Source of the DNA: Candidatus Omnitrophota bacterium
Lineage (GTDB): Bacteria; Omnitrophota; Gorgyraeia; Zapsychrales; JBAZNR01
DNA length: 64,000 bases
Assembly (NCBI GenBank): GCA_041649175.1
Contig: JBAZNR010000001.1
Coordinates: 655,497-719,496 of the forward strand
Direction of reading: 5' to 3'
A program made the position numbers and the translations under genes. Positions 1-10,298 of the stretch are shown here, piece by piece; position 1 is the first letter of the stretch; each line of letters starts with the position of its first letter. A model generated the notes under the pieces. The model searched no databases. It was not told the DNA's origin and saw only the letters and a program-made list of their open reading frames with translations.

Positions 1-406
1 ATCCGAATTGTTGCGGCAAGACCTGAGCCTTAAAGATGCCATTGTTATCGGTGAGCCGGACTATGCGATGGATTCGCTGCCGTATTATGTTAATAACCAA
101 ATTTTTATTCCCAGGGAAAGGCGGTTTGGAAAGGCAGTTCAATTCACCAAGGAAAATGAGCAGGCGTTTTCTTTGGGCGGACTGCTAGAAACGGCTCAGG
201 AAATAAAGAATAAGCTCCAAAGGCCGGTGATCATTGCCTTGGGGCATGATTTAAAGAAAGATACGCCGTATCGATTCTTCGGCTATAACAAAGTTTTTGT
301 TTATTCTCCGGAGCAATTGCGGCGGCTTAGTGAACAAACAAGGCAAATTGCTAGTTTTCGCGGCGCGCTAACCGATGAAAATTACGATATTTTTATCGTC
401 AAATAA
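1..406 (+). CDS. hypothetical protein, 5'-truncated at window edge
   Basis: The open frame runs off the window start; the ORF track gives 8..406. No recognisable motif. Confidence 0.35.
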   Translation, partial: SELLRQDLSLKDAIVIGEPDYAMDSLPYYVNNQIFIPRERRFGKAVQFTKENEQAFSLGGLLETAQEIKNKLQRPVIIALGHDLKKDTPYRFFGYNKVFVYSPEQLRRLSEQTRQIASFRGALTDENYDIFIVK

Positions 407-611
407 ATTAAAAGCCTTTCAAGTCAGTAAAGAACCTGAAGCAGAATTGTCATTTTTGTCATAAGCGATTGACTGCCAATGCCTTTAATCCTTGACAAAA
501 ATAGGGTCTTTTGTATACTGACTTTCACTGCGCAAATAAGTAGAGTAAAGCCTCAAACAATAATGCGCGTATATGAGATTCCTTCCTCAAAATCAAATCT
601 AAGGAGAAACG

Positions 612-1397
612 ATGAAAGTTGTAATTCTCTGCGGTGGTCAAGGTTCCAGGATCAAAGATGTTTCTGACATTATCCCTAAGCCGATGCTCCCCATCGGAGA
701 CAAGCCGATGCTTTGGCATATTATGAAAATGTATGCGCATTATGGACTTAAAGATTTTATTCTTTGCCTAGGTTACAAAGGATGGATTATTAAAGAATTT
801 TTTCTGAATTATTACGCCAAAACATCCGATCTTAGCCTGACATTGGGAACCCAAAATTCTCTTATCTATCACAGTAAAAACGAAGAAACCGATTGGCATG
901 TGACCTTAGCCGAAACAGGAGAAGAAGCCAATACCGGCCAGCGGGTTTGGGCTATTCGCAATTATCTCAAAGACTGTGAACACTTTTGTTTTACTTATGG
1001 CGATGGCGTGGCCAACGTTGATATCAATGATCTGGTCAAAGCGCACAAAAGATCCGGCCTTTTGATGACGGTTACGGGTGTTCATCCGTCTGGGCGCTTT
1101 GGAGAGATCAAAATGAAGGGAAATCGTATTTGTGGATTTAATGAAAAACCTAATGTCAGCGCTGGTTTGATCAACGGCGGTTTTATGGTGATCAGCCGCA
1201 AGGCCATTGAAAAGTATTTTGGCAACGGAAAACAAGACCTCATCTTGGAAAGCGAGATCATCCCAAGAATCGTCAAAGACGGACAGGTGGGAATTTATAA
1301 ACATGGCGGATTTTGGCAATGTGTGGATACAGCCCGAGAGTATCATCAGCTTAATCAGCTTTGGGCAAAACAAAAAGCACCTTGGAAGATCTGGTAG
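612..1397 (+). CDS. rfbF: glucose-1-phosphate cytidylyltransferase
   Basis: 261 aa. N-terminal MKVVILCGGQGSRI nucleotidyltransferase G-rich loop. Length and overall pattern typical of RfbF/DdhA. Followed by rfbG/rfbH homologs. Confidence 0.85.
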   Translation: MKVVILCGGQGSRIKDVSDIIPKPMLPIGDKPMLWHIMKMYAHYGLKDFILCLGYKGWIIKEFFLNYYAKTSDLSLTLGTQNSLIYHSKNEETDWHVTLAETGEEANTGQRVWAIRNYLKDCEHFCFTYGDGVANVDINDLVKAHKRSGLLMTVTGVHPSGRFGEIKMKGNRICGFNEKPNVSAGLINGGFMVISRKAIEKYFGNGKQDLILESEIIPRIVKDGQVGIYKHGGFWQCVDTAREYHQLNQLWAKQKAPWKIW

Positions 1398-1408
1398 AGT
1401 GAAAACGA

Positions 1409-2383
1409 ATGTCATTCTGGAGAAATAAAAAAGTCCTTATTACCGGCCATGAAGGTTTTTTGGGGTCTTGGCTTACGAAGACTTTGATAGAAAGAAAAGC
1501 GAATATCGTCGGGCTTGATCAAGCTATTGGTCGGCCCGTTTCTGTTTTAAACGGTTTTCGAGACCGCTTAACGGCTATTAAAGGTGATGTATCCGACTAT
1601 GAACTTGTTCACCGGATCATTAAACAGCATAAGCCTCAGGTGATCTTTCATTTGGCGGCACAGGCAACAGTTGAATCTTCTTTAAAAAATCCACGTAGGG
1701 CTTTAAAAACGAATATTGAAGGAGCTTGGAACATCTTAGAGGCTTGTCGCGCGCAGAGATCGGTTAAGGCTGTTGTTTTTTCTTCCAGCGACAAAGCCTA
1801 TGGTTCTCAGAAAAAACTTCCCTATACCGAAGATATGCCTTTACAGGGAAAACATCCGTATGATGTTTCGAAAAGTTGCGCGGACCTTATTTGTCAAACC
1901 TATGCACACACATTTCAAGTTCCTGTGTGCATAACACGTTGCGGAAATATTTACGGGCCGGGAGATTTTCATGATTCTCGCATTGTTCCCGACGCGGTAA
2001 AAAGCGTGCTTAAAGGAAAACGTCTTATTATTCGCAGCAACGGGCGTTATACACGCGATTATATTTATGTCGAGGATATTGTTCGCGGGTATATTGTTTT
2101 GGCGGAAAAAATCCAATCGTTAAAACTCTTAGGACAAGCGTTTAATTTTAGCAATGAAAAACCATTAAGCGTCTTAAGCCTCTTCTCTGAGATCGTTTCT
2201 TCGGCGAAAAAGATAACCAAACTTAAGAAAATAGAACCAAAAATATTAAATCGAGCGCAATTTGAAATTCAACATCAATATCTTTCTTCACGAAAAGCGA
2301 ACCGTGTTTTAGGATGGAAAGCCCATTACGATCTAAAGCAAGGTTTAGATAAAACTATTCGCTGGTACCAATTACATGGATAA
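1409..2383 (+). CDS. rfbG: CDP-glucose 4,6-dehydratase
   Basis: 324 aa. N-terminal FWRNKKVLITGHEGFLGSWL Rossmann motif characteristic of RfbG/DdhB. YxxxK SDR region. Sits between rfbF and rfbH homologs. Confidence 0.8.
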   Translation: MSFWRNKKVLITGHEGFLGSWLTKTLIERKANIVGLDQAIGRPVSVLNGFRDRLTAIKGDVSDYELVHRIIKQHKPQVIFHLAAQATVESSLKNPRRALKTNIEGAWNILEACRAQRSVKAVVFSSSDKAYGSQKKLPYTEDMPLQGKHPYDVSKSCADLICQTYAHTFQVPVCITRCGNIYGPGDFHDSRIVPDAVKSVLKGKRLIIRSNGRYTRDYIYVEDIVRGYIVLAEKIQSLKLLGQAFNFSNEKPLSVLSLFSEIVSSAKKITKLKKIEPKILNRAQFEIQHQYLSSRKANRVLGWKAHYDLKQGLDKTIRWYQLHG

Positions 2384-3731
2384 AGCACAAAAAATAAAAC
2401 AGCTGATCAGTGAGCAGGTCAAAGAATTTTATCAAGCCCGCCATATGGTTAAGAAATTTATTCCCGGCGAGACGTGGATTTCCTATGCCGGCAGGGTTTT
2501 TGATGAAAAAGAAATTCAAGCGCTGGTCGATAGTTCTTTAGATTTTTGGTTAACACTAGGGCCTCATGGAAAAGAATTTGAACAAAGACTAGCGCAATAT
2601 ATCAAAGCGCGTTTTTGTATCCTAGCAAATTCCGGCTCATCGGCTAATCTTTTGGCCTTAACGGGTTTGACGTCGCATTTGATAGAAAAACCTATTTTAC
2701 CTGGAAGCGAAATTATTACACTGGCGGCTGGTTTTCCGACGACAGTTGCGCCAATTTTCCAATGCAATTGTATCCCGGTTTTTGTCGACATTCTAGGCAA
2801 TACAAAAAATATCGATCCGTCAAAGCTAGAAGAAGCCTTAAGTCCTAAAACGCGCGCGGTCATGATCGCGCACACGCTTGGAAATCCTTTTGATATTGAC
2901 GCGGTCAGCGCTTTTTGCAAAAAACATGATCTGTATTTAATTGAAGACAATTGCGATGCCTTAGGAAGCGAATATCGCGGAAAGAAAACCGGGAATTTTG
3001 GCCATGTGGCAACCCAAAGTTTTTATCCGGCCCATCATATTACGCTTGGTGAAGGCGGTGCCGTTTTAACCAATGATGCGAAACTTAAAAGAGCTATCTT
3101 AAGTTTTCGAGATTGGGGCAGGGATTGTTGGTGCGATCCCGGGAAAGATAATACCTGCGGGACAAGGTTCGCAGGAATGCATGGCGAACTTCCAACTGGC
3201 TATGATCATAAATATGTTTACGCGCATTTAGGATATAACCTTAAACCATTGGATCTTCAAGCGGCTATCGGATGCGCGCAGTTAGAAAAACTTCCTCAAT
3301 TCACCCAGGCACGCCGGAAGAATTTTGAAACATTTCATAATGCGTTTAAGAAATACGAAGACTATTTTATCCTGCCCGAGGCGACACAAAACTCAAGCCC
3401 TAGCTGGTTCGGGTTTATGCTGACGGTTCGAGACGGCGCTGATTTCACCAGAAAAGAGATTATCGATCATCTTGAATCGAGAAAAATACAAACCCGAATG
3501 CTTTTTGGCGGAAACTTAATAAAACAGCCGGCTTTGATCGAAGCAAAAAAACGCGGATTTTCTTATCGTATTTCCGGGGATTTGATACATACTGATAAAG
3601 TGGCTCAAGACGCATTTTGGTTCGGTGTTTATCCGGGGTTAACTCAAGAAGAGATCGAATATATGATCAACACTATAGATGATTTTATGGCAACCAAACA
3701 TTCAAAGAAGGTTTTAATAAAACAAAAATAA
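2376..3731 (+). CDS. rfbH: CDP-6-deoxy-D-xylo-4-hexulose-3-dehydrase (E1; DegT/DnrJ/EryC1 fold)
   Basis: 451 aa. DegT-family fold (SGSSANLLAL). The PLP-lysine position reads SFYPAHHIT, so His replaces Lys as in E1/DdhC. Cys-rich GRDCWCDPGKDNTCGTR is consistent with the E1 [2Fe-2S] site. Confidence 0.75.
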   Translation: MDKAQKIKQLISEQVKEFYQARHMVKKFIPGETWISYAGRVFDEKEIQALVDSSLDFWLTLGPHGKEFEQRLAQYIKARFCILANSGSSANLLALTGLTSHLIEKPILPGSEIITLAAGFPTTVAPIFQCNCIPVFVDILGNTKNIDPSKLEEALSPKTRAVMIAHTLGNPFDIDAVSAFCKKHDLYLIEDNCDALGSEYRGKKTGNFGHVATQSFYPAHHITLGEGGAVLTNDAKLKRAILSFRDWGRDCWCDPGKDNTCGTRFAGMHGELPTGYDHKYVYAHLGYNLKPLDLQAAIGCAQLEKLPQFTQARRKNFETFHNAFKKYEDYFILPEATQNSSPSWFGFMLTVRDGADFTRKEIIDHLESRKIQTRMLFGGNLIKQPALIEAKKRGFSYRISGDLIHTDKVAQDAFWFGVYPGLTQEEIEYMINTIDDFMATKHSKKVLIKQK

Positions 3732-3734
3732 TCT

Positions 3735-4646
3735 ATGCGTATTCTCATGACCGGAAGCACAGGATTTATCGGATCGCATTTGGCCAAAGCCTTGTATTTT
3801 TCCGGGCAACATGACCTTGTTTTAGTCAAGAGAGCTCATTCCGATCTTTCCTTGATCAAACAGCTGAATAGCAAAGTCCGCATGTATTCCTTAAGCGAGT
3901 CCGCCGATAATATTTACGATATTATGGAAAAAGAAAAACCGGATATCGTTATCCATTTAGCGTCTCTTTTCTTAAGCAAACATAACCCTTCGCAGATCGA
4001 CGGACTGATCCAATCGAACATCACCTTTCCGGTGAAGCTCTTAGACGCCATGGCATCTGCCGGCGTTAAGAAAATCATCAATACCGGAACTTCTTGGGAG
4101 CATTTTAACGGCAGTAAAGATTACGATCCCGTTTGCCTTTATGCGGCGACAAAAAAAGCCTTGGAAGATATCCTACTTTATTATGTGAACGCAAAGAAAT
4201 TTTCGGCGTTAACTTTAAAATTGTTTGATACTTATGGGCCAGGCGACCCTCGTCCGAAATTATTTGCACTGCTTAAAAAACACCTTCGGGAGAGCTCAAC
4301 TTTTGTTCTTTCACCGGGAAAACAGCTTCTAGATCTTCTCTATATTGAAGATGTGGTCGGCGCTTATCTTAGCGCGGTTAATTATCTGAGCAAAAAAAAG
4401 ACCGTGATGCATGAAGCTTTCTCGATCGGCTCAGGCCGCCCTAGAACTTTAAAAGAAGTTGTTTCTACATTTGAGAAAGTTGTTGGGAAAAAGATGAACA
4501 TTGAATGGGGCGGACAACCATATCGGGAACGCGAAGTGATGTTCTCAAAAGCAGACATTGCGAAAGCAAAAGAAAAATTAAGGTGGAAACCGAAATATTC
4601 CCTGGAACAAGGTATCGCAAAAATGATCTCTGAGGAGGTAATTTAA
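3735..4646 (+). CDS. NAD-dependent epimerase/dehydratase, probable CDP-3,6-dideoxyhexose synthase (RfbS/RfbJ-like)
   Basis: 303 aa. MRILMTGSTGFIGSHL Rossmann motif. Size and context match CDP-paratose/abequose synthase. Confidence 0.55.
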   Translation: MRILMTGSTGFIGSHLAKALYFSGQHDLVLVKRAHSDLSLIKQLNSKVRMYSLSESADNIYDIMEKEKPDIVIHLASLFLSKHNPSQIDGLIQSNITFPVKLLDAMASAGVKKIINTGTSWEHFNGSKDYDPVCLYAATKKALEDILLYYVNAKKFSALTLKLFDTYGPGDPRPKLFALLKKHLRESSTFVLSPGKQLLDLLYIEDVVGAYLSAVNYLSKKKTVMHEAFSIGSGRPRTLKEVVSTFEKVVGKKMNIEWGGQPYREREVMFSKADIAKAKEKLRWKPKYSLEQGIAKMISEEVI

Positions 4647-5095
4647 TGATCGAAGGTGTTGAAGTCATAGCGTTAAAGCAGATTTCCGATGAGCGTGGCA
4701 AGATCATGCATATGCTCAAATCGACCGATAAGCATTTTAAGAAATTCGGTGAGATCTATTTTTCCTGTGTTCATCCCGGCGCTATTAAGGGATGGCACCG
4801 GCACAAAAAGATGACTTTAAATTATGCCGTGCCGTTTGGAAAGATCAAGCTTGTTTTGTTTGATGACAGAGCGAAATCAAAGACAAAAGGTGAACTAACA
4901 GAGATGTTTTTAAGCCCCGAGCATTATCAGCTTGTTATTATCCCGCCTTTGGTTTGGAACGGATTCAAAGGATTAGGTGTTGAGACGTCCATTGTCACTA
5001 ATTGCGCGACATTAGCTCATGACCCCCAAGAGATCGAACGGTTAAGCCCGTTTGACCCCAGCATTCCCTATGATTGGTCTTGCAAACACGGATAA
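4646..5095 (+). CDS. RmlC-like cupin (sugar 3,5-epimerase / ketoisomerase family)
   Basis: 149 aa. Small cupin with His-containing motifs (GWHRHKK). Lies in the sugar-nucleotide operon. ATGA overlap with the upstream gene. Confidence 0.45.
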   Translation: MIEGVEVIALKQISDERGKIMHMLKSTDKHFKKFGEIYFSCVHPGAIKGWHRHKKMTLNYAVPFGKIKLVLFDDRAKSKTKGELTEMFLSPEHYQLVIIPPLVWNGFKGLGVETSIVTNCATLAHDPQEIERLSPFDPSIPYDWSCKHG

Positions 5096-5097
5096 AT

Positions 5098-5898
5098 ATG
5101 ATACAGCTTAGCAAAAGAATTCTCATCTATATTCCGTGTTATAACTGCGAGCAGAAAATCGTTCAAGTTCTTAAAGAAATTCCTGTCGAATTTTACGGTC
5201 AAAGTGAATGTTTGGTGATCGACAATCAAAGTACCGACAAAACCGCGCAAGTTGTTTTAGATGAAATAAAACGATCCGCAATTCCTCTAAAGATCCATCT
5301 GATCCGCACAAACGAAAATTTAGGTTATGCCGGCTCGCAAAAATTGGCCTATCAAATTGCCGTTGACGCGCCATCGGTCGAATATATTCTAATGCTGCAC
5401 GGTGACGGACAATATCCTCCGGAACAAACGAAACAATTCTTGCCGTATATCGGCCAAGACTATGCTTTAGTGAATGGTTTTCGCGATAAGAAAACATATC
5501 CTTCTCTAGAAGAAACTCCCTTCCTGACATATATCATTATTAAATTCTTAAGCTGGCTGGAAAGTCTTTTGACGGGACTTAAACACAAAGAATGGCATAC
5601 CGGCTTTGTGATGTATCGCAAGGATTTTTTAGCGGCGGTGGCGTTTGCGCGTTTTTCTGCGTATCGCCATATCGACGGGGAATTCTTGATGTGCGCTGGG
5701 ATTTTAAGGAAGAAAACGGCTTCCGTTCCTATTTATAAAAAATATAAAGATTGTGATTATTTTCGTGGAGCGGAGCGGGTGAAATATATCAGCCATGTTT
5801 TTAAGATCATTCTAAGATTCTTGTCCGGTTACTATCACAGGATCTTAAGCGAAAAACCTTTTCCAAAAGTTGCCAGCACTTTCGATCTTCTCACTTAA
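5098..5898 (+). CDS. family 2 glycosyltransferase
   Basis: ILIYIPCYNCEQ...LVIDNQSTDKT: GT2 N-terminal DxD-type signature. The track ORF starts at 5074; a later ATG at 5098 avoids overlap. Confidence 0.7.
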   Translation: MIQLSKRILIYIPCYNCEQKIVQVLKEIPVEFYGQSECLVIDNQSTDKTAQVVLDEIKRSAIPLKIHLIRTNENLGYAGSQKLAYQIAVDAPSVEYILMLHGDGQYPPEQTKQFLPYIGQDYALVNGFRDKKTYPSLEETPFLTYIIIKFLSWLESLLTGLKHKEWHTGFVMYRKDFLAAVAFARFSAYRHIDGEFLMCAGILRKKTASVPIYKKYKDCDYFRGAERVKYISHVFKIILRFLSGYYHRILSEKPFPKVASTFDLLT

Positions 5899-5902
5899 AA
5901 GC

Positions 5903-7435
5903 CTACGCCCATAAGTTCCTATCCAAACTTCGATATTGAATAGCTTCGGCAATATGTTCGGGCAAAATTTGCTCTGCGCCTGCCAAGTCGCCGATCGTCC
6001 GGGATATCTTCAAGATTTTGTCGTAAGCCCTGGCGGAAAGCCCCAGTTCTTCTAAGGCCATCTTTAAAAGATTTCGCCCTTCCTCATCAATGGGGCAATG
6101 TTTCTTAATATCCGCATGGCTCATCTGTGCATTACAAAAAACACCGGGTTCTTTGAATCTCTCTTTTTGGATCTTTCGCGCGTTAAGGGTTCTGGATTTG
6201 ATCTGTTGAGAAGTTTCGTTAGAAATATTGGAAATAAGGTCGCGGTATTTGACGGAAGGCACGTCTAAATGAATATCGATCCTGTCTAAAAGAGGGCCGG
6301 AGATCTTAGATAAATATTTCTGAATTTTTTGCGGAGTACAGTAACATTCTTTTTTTAGATCCGTATGCCAGCCGCACGGACAAGGGTTCATGGCGGCTAC
6401 TAGCATAAATTTTGATGGAAATCGGGATGATTTACTGGCCCTGGATACGGTTACGCAATGGTCTTCTAAAGGCTGGCGCAAAGATTCTAAGACGTCTCGA
6501 TGAAATTCCGGAAGCTCATCAAGAAAAAGGATCCCGTTATGCGCTAAGCTCACCTCGCCAGGTTTTGGGATGGAGCCTCCGCCGACCAAGGCCACATCGG
6601 AGGTTGTGTGGTGCGGCGAGCGAAACGGCCTGGTTGTGATAATACCGAGTTCCGGCCTGATCATGCCGACGACAGAGTGAATGCGGGTTGTTTCTAAAGC
6701 TTCTTCCAAAGTGATATCGGGTAAAATAGTAGGAAGCCGTTTGGCAAGCATGGTTTTCCCGCTACCGGGCGGCCCGATCAAAAGGCAATTATGTCCTCCG
6801 GCCGCGGCTACTTCCAGCCCTCTTTTGACATGAGTTTGGCCTTTTACGTCAGCGAAATCTATTTCATAATGGTTGGCGTTTTTAAAAAGATCCGGGATAT
6901 TTATTTTGAACGGGTCAACAGAACTGGGTTCTTTGAGAAGCTGAATAACTTGTGTTAATGTTTTAACCGGATAAACAGGGATTTTTTTAGCCATCGCGGC
7001 TTCGGCGGCGTTGCGGTAAGGCAGGATCAATCCGCGGAATTTATTGGAGAAAGCAGACATGGCAACTGATAAAGCCCCTGTTACCGGACGTATCTGCCCG
7101 TCTAAGGCAAGTTCGCCTAAGATGATGTATTCGCCAAGTGATGAGCTGTCGATTTGATTGGTCGCGGCCAGTATTCCCAGAGAAATAGCCAGGTCGAAAG
7201 AAGGGCCTTCCTTTTTGATATCAGCTGGGGCCAGGTTGACGGTAATGCGTTCAGCGGGAAATTTGTATCCGCTATTTTTGATAGCTGAGCGGACGCGTTC
7301 CTTGCTTTCTTTGACGGCATTATCCGGAAGTCCGACAACAGTTACGCTGGGAAGTCCATGAGCGACATCAACTTCGATCGTTAATGGATAAGCGTCAAGG
7401 CCGCAAACACCAAAACTCTGTATTTTTGATAACAT
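5903..7435 (-). CDS. yifB: YifB/ComM family Mg-chelatase-like AAA+ ATPase
   Basis: 510 aa. N-terminus MLSKIQSFGVCGLDAYPLTIEVDV is the hallmark of YifB/ComM. Walker A GPPGSGKT. Confidence 0.9.
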   Translation of the reverse strand: MLSKIQSFGVCGLDAYPLTIEVDVAHGLPSVTVVGLPDNAVKESKERVRSAIKNSGYKFPAERITVNLAPADIKKEGPSFDLAISLGILAATNQIDSSSLGEYIILGELALDGQIRPVTGALSVAMSAFSNKFRGLILPYRNAAEAAMAKKIPVYPVKTLTQVIQLLKEPSSVDPFKINIPDLFKNANHYEIDFADVKGQTHVKRGLEVAAAGGHNCLLIGPPGSGKTMLAKRLPTILPDITLEEALETTRIHSVVGMIRPELGIITTRPFRSPHHTTSDVALVGGGSIPKPGEVSLAHNGILFLDELPEFHRDVLESLRQPLEDHCVTVSRASKSSRFPSKFMLVAAMNPCPCGWHTDLKKECYCTPQKIQKYLSKISGPLLDRIDIHLDVPSVKYRDLISNISNETSQQIKSRTLNARKIQKERFKEPGVFCNAQMSHADIKKHCPIDEEGRNLLKMALEELGLSARAYDKILKISRTIGDLAGAEQILPEHIAEAIQYRSLDRNLWA

Positions 7436-7574
7436 AACCTGTGAAAAATTTTGGAATTTTTGAGGCGGGCGGGGAGAAAAGGGAAAATGCCTTGCTTTTT
7501 TAATAGTGCCTACTTATAATGTACACTAACATAATTCGAAGTTTACGTCAAGTAAGTCAAAAGAGGCTAAATTA

Positions 7575-8027
7575 ATGGTAGCGCAGGATTTTCTAAGCGA
7601 TATTGTTCGCAATAAGATACTGATCATTACCTTTGCGGCATGGATTTTCGCGCAATGTATTAAGGTTTTTCTGGGCGTTATTAGAGAAAAAAGGTTTAAT
7701 TTTCGCTGGTTCATCGGAACCGGCGGCATGCCGTCTAGCCATGCGGCCGGGGCAACAGCCTTAGCAACAACCTGTGGATTAACGCTGGGATTTGCTTCTC
7801 CCGTATTTGCCCTAGCAACAGTCTTTGCGTTGGTTACCATGTTTGATGCTCAAGGCGTTCGCCGGGAAACCGGACAACAAGCGACCATCCTTAATAAAAT
7901 CCTGGAAGATATTTACTGGAAGGGAAAAATCGAGTCTGATCGGCTGAAGGAGCTGATCGGGCATACGCCGGTTCAGGTTTTTGTCGGGTCTTTATTCGGG
8001 CTTTTTGTCGCGCTTATTATGTATTGA
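7575..8027 (+). CDS. divergent PAP2 family membrane protein (DUF212/YuiD-like)
   Basis: 150 aa. TM helices plus a GMPSSHAAGATALA motif typical of the divergent PAP2 family. Confidence 0.6.
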   Translation: MVAQDFLSDIVRNKILIITFAAWIFAQCIKVFLGVIREKRFNFRWFIGTGGMPSSHAAGATALATTCGLTLGFASPVFALATVFALVTMFDAQGVRRETGQQATILNKILEDIYWKGKIESDRLKELIGHTPVQVFVGSLFGLFVALIMY

Positions 8028-8050
8028 ACAATAAATAGGGAGGCAATGCA

Positions 8051-8851
8051 GTGAAAAAAAATTTGATCCTTGTTATTGTGGTCGTTCTTGTTATCGGAGC
8101 CTTAGGGTTCTTTCTAGCTTCTGGAAAAGGCGGATCAAGCTCTGACCGTCCGACACCCGCCAATCAGCTGTATCAAAAAGCCTGCGAACTTGAATCTCAA
8201 AATGAAATATTAGAAGCTATCGATATCTGCAAGAATATCATTGCTGACTTCCCTAATTTTTCCGATATCAACACTGTCCAAAAGAAATTAGAAGATCTTA
8301 ACTTAAGGCTCATCCTTTCCGCGACCGAAACTCCTAAAACAGCCTCCTATGAAGTAAAACCCGGAGATTCTTTAGCTAAAATCTCTAAAGAGTTCAACGT
8401 GACCGTAGACCTGATCAAAAAAAGTAATAATTTGACTAGCGATACGATTCGAATTGGGCAAAAACTGCGTATTTGGAAAGGTGTTTTTAGCGTTTTTGTT
8501 GATAAGTCTCAAAATATCCTTATGCTTAAAAGCGATGATGATGTTGTGAAGGTCTATACGGTTTCAACCGGAAAAAACAATAATACGCCGGTGGGAACAT
8601 TTACCATTGTCAGCAAGCTGGTCAATCCTGTGTGGTATAAAAGCGGGGCGGTTATTCCTCCTCAAAGCCCGGAAAATGCTTTGGGAAGCCGCTGGATGGG
8701 ATTTGACATTGCCGGTTATGGTATTCACGGAACGATCGAACCTCAAACTCTCGGCCAGATCACGGCCGGATGTGTCCGCATGCTCAACGCAGAAGTTGAA
8801 GAGCTCTATAGCCTTCTTCCTAACGGAACAAAAGTTACCGTTGTCGATTAA
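8051..8851 (+). CDS. LysM domain-containing L,D-transpeptidase
   Basis: N-terminal signal/TM. LysM (YEVKPGDSLAKISKEFNVTVDLIK...IGQKLRI). C-terminal YkuD catalytic motif HGT...GQITAGCVRM. Confidence 0.8.
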   Translation: MKKNLILVIVVVLVIGALGFFLASGKGGSSSDRPTPANQLYQKACELESQNEILEAIDICKNIIADFPNFSDINTVQKKLEDLNLRLILSATETPKTASYEVKPGDSLAKISKEFNVTVDLIKKSNNLTSDTIRIGQKLRIWKGVFSVFVDKSQNILMLKSDDDVVKVYTVSTGKNNNTPVGTFTIVSKLVNPVWYKSGAVIPPQSPENALGSRWMGFDIAGYGIHGTIEPQTLGQITAGCVRMLNAEVEELYSLLPNGTKVTVVD

Positions 8852-8875
8852 ACATTTTAACCCAAAGAAAATCCT

Positions 8876-9829
8876 ATGGCCGCATTAGATTTTGAAAAAC
8901 CGATTATTGAACTTGAAGCTAAGATCGCTGAATTAGGAAAATTCAGCACAGAAAAAAAGATCAATTTGTCTTCCGAGATCGAAAAACTCGAAAGCAAATT
9001 AGAAAAGATGAAAAAGGATATTTATAGCAATCTGACTTCTTGGCAAAGGGTCCAGATCGCTCGACATCCGGAACGGCCATACACTTTAGATTATATCCGT
9101 ATGATCACAACTGATTTCCTAGAGCTGCACGGCGATAGGCTTTTTGCCGATGATCTTGCGATGATCGCCGGTTTTGCTAAGATCGATGACAGAAAAGTCC
9201 TGGTGATAGGCCATCAAAAGGGGCGAAATACCAAAGAAAATGTGATGCGAAATTTTGGTTGCGCTCATCCGGAAGGATATCGAAAGGCCATACGGTTGAT
9301 GTTATTGGCTGAAAAACTTAAGATTCCCGTTGTTATTTTTATTGATACGCCCGGAGCTTATCCTGGTGTTGGCGCCGAAGAGCGCGGGCAAGCGCAAGCG
9401 ATCGCGTGCAATTTACGCGATATGGTCAAGATCTCCACGCCGATCGTGGCTACTGTTATCGGTGAAGGGGGAAGCGGCGGTGCTTTGGGAATAGGTATTG
9501 CCGATAGAGTTTGTATTTTACAAAATGCTTATTATTCGGTTATCTCGCCGGAAGGCTGTGCGTCCATTCTTTGGCGTAGCAGCACCAAGGCTGCGGAGGC
9601 GGCCGAAGCGCTTCGCTTAACGGGAGAAAATTTAGTTAAATTTGGCGTTGCTGATGAAATTATTCCGGAACCTCCCGGCGGTGCCCACCGCGATCCACAA
9701 TTAGTGGCAGCTATAGTGAAAAAAGTTATTATAAAATATTTAAAGCAACTTTCCGGCTTGTCCAAAGAAGAGCTCTTAGACGCTCGCTACGAAAAATTCC
9801 GTAAATTAGGCGAATTTACGACGGTATAA
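8876..9829 (+). CDS. accA: acetyl-CoA carboxylase carboxyltransferase subunit alpha
   Basis: 317 aa. LDFEKPIIELEAKI N-terminus. Crotonase-like fold with GEGGSGGALG. Canonical AccA. Confidence 0.9.
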   Translation: MAALDFEKPIIELEAKIAELGKFSTEKKINLSSEIEKLESKLEKMKKDIYSNLTSWQRVQIARHPERPYTLDYIRMITTDFLELHGDRLFADDLAMIAGFAKIDDRKVLVIGHQKGRNTKENVMRNFGCAHPEGYRKAIRLMLLAEKLKIPVVIFIDTPGAYPGVGAEERGQAQAIACNLRDMVKISTPIVATVIGEGGSGGALGIGIADRVCILQNAYYSVISPEGCASILWRSSTKAAEAAEALRLTGENLVKFGVADEIIPEPPGGAHRDPQLVAAIVKKVIIKYLKQLSGLSKEELLDARYEKFRKLGEFTTV

Positions 9830-9863
9830 TCTTGCCCTAAAAATCATTTTAAGAATTTCAAAC

Positions 9864-10298
9864 ATGACGAGAGAGCGTTGTCATCATATCGGCCTTTTTG
9901 TTCGCGACCTTAAGAAAATGGACCGGTTTTATACGCGGCATCTTGGTTTCAAATTAGAACGAAGCCGGATGATCGATCAAAAAAATATCCGGGAAATCTT
10001 TGGGATCAATTCATCTTGCGAGATGCGTTATTATGCCTTAGACGATTTGCGGGTGGAGATCTTTTGTTTTTATGATATTAAACTGCGTAAATATCATCCT
10101 GAAACACAAGGCTATAATCATTGGACGCTTTTGGTAGATGATAAAGATAAATTTTGTAACCGTCTTCGCAGGAAAAGAATAAAAGTCCTTAAGCTCATTC
10201 GGCCGCAAGGTTTCACGTATTTTATTAAAGATCCGGAAGACAATTTAATTGAGATCAAAGAATATGCCGACACCGTCCCTTTCCAAAAGAAACATTAA
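9864..10298 (+). CDS. VOC/glyoxalase family protein
   Basis: 144 aa. HIGLFVRDLKKMDRFYTRHLGF: glyoxalase/bleomycin-resistance fold signature. Confidence 0.55.
   Translation: MTRERCHHIGLFVRDLKKMDRFYTRHLGFKLERSRMIDQKNIREIFGINSSCEMRYYALDDLRVEIFCFYDIKLRKYHPETQGYNHWTLLVDDKDKFCNRLRRKRIKVLKLIRPQGFTYFIKDPEDNLIEIKEYADTVPFQKKH

Noticed and set aside
906-1415. Antisense ORF (169 aa) inside rfbF
   Set aside because: Lies entirely within a well-supported rfbF coding region on the opposite strand. No motifs. Typical shadow ORF.
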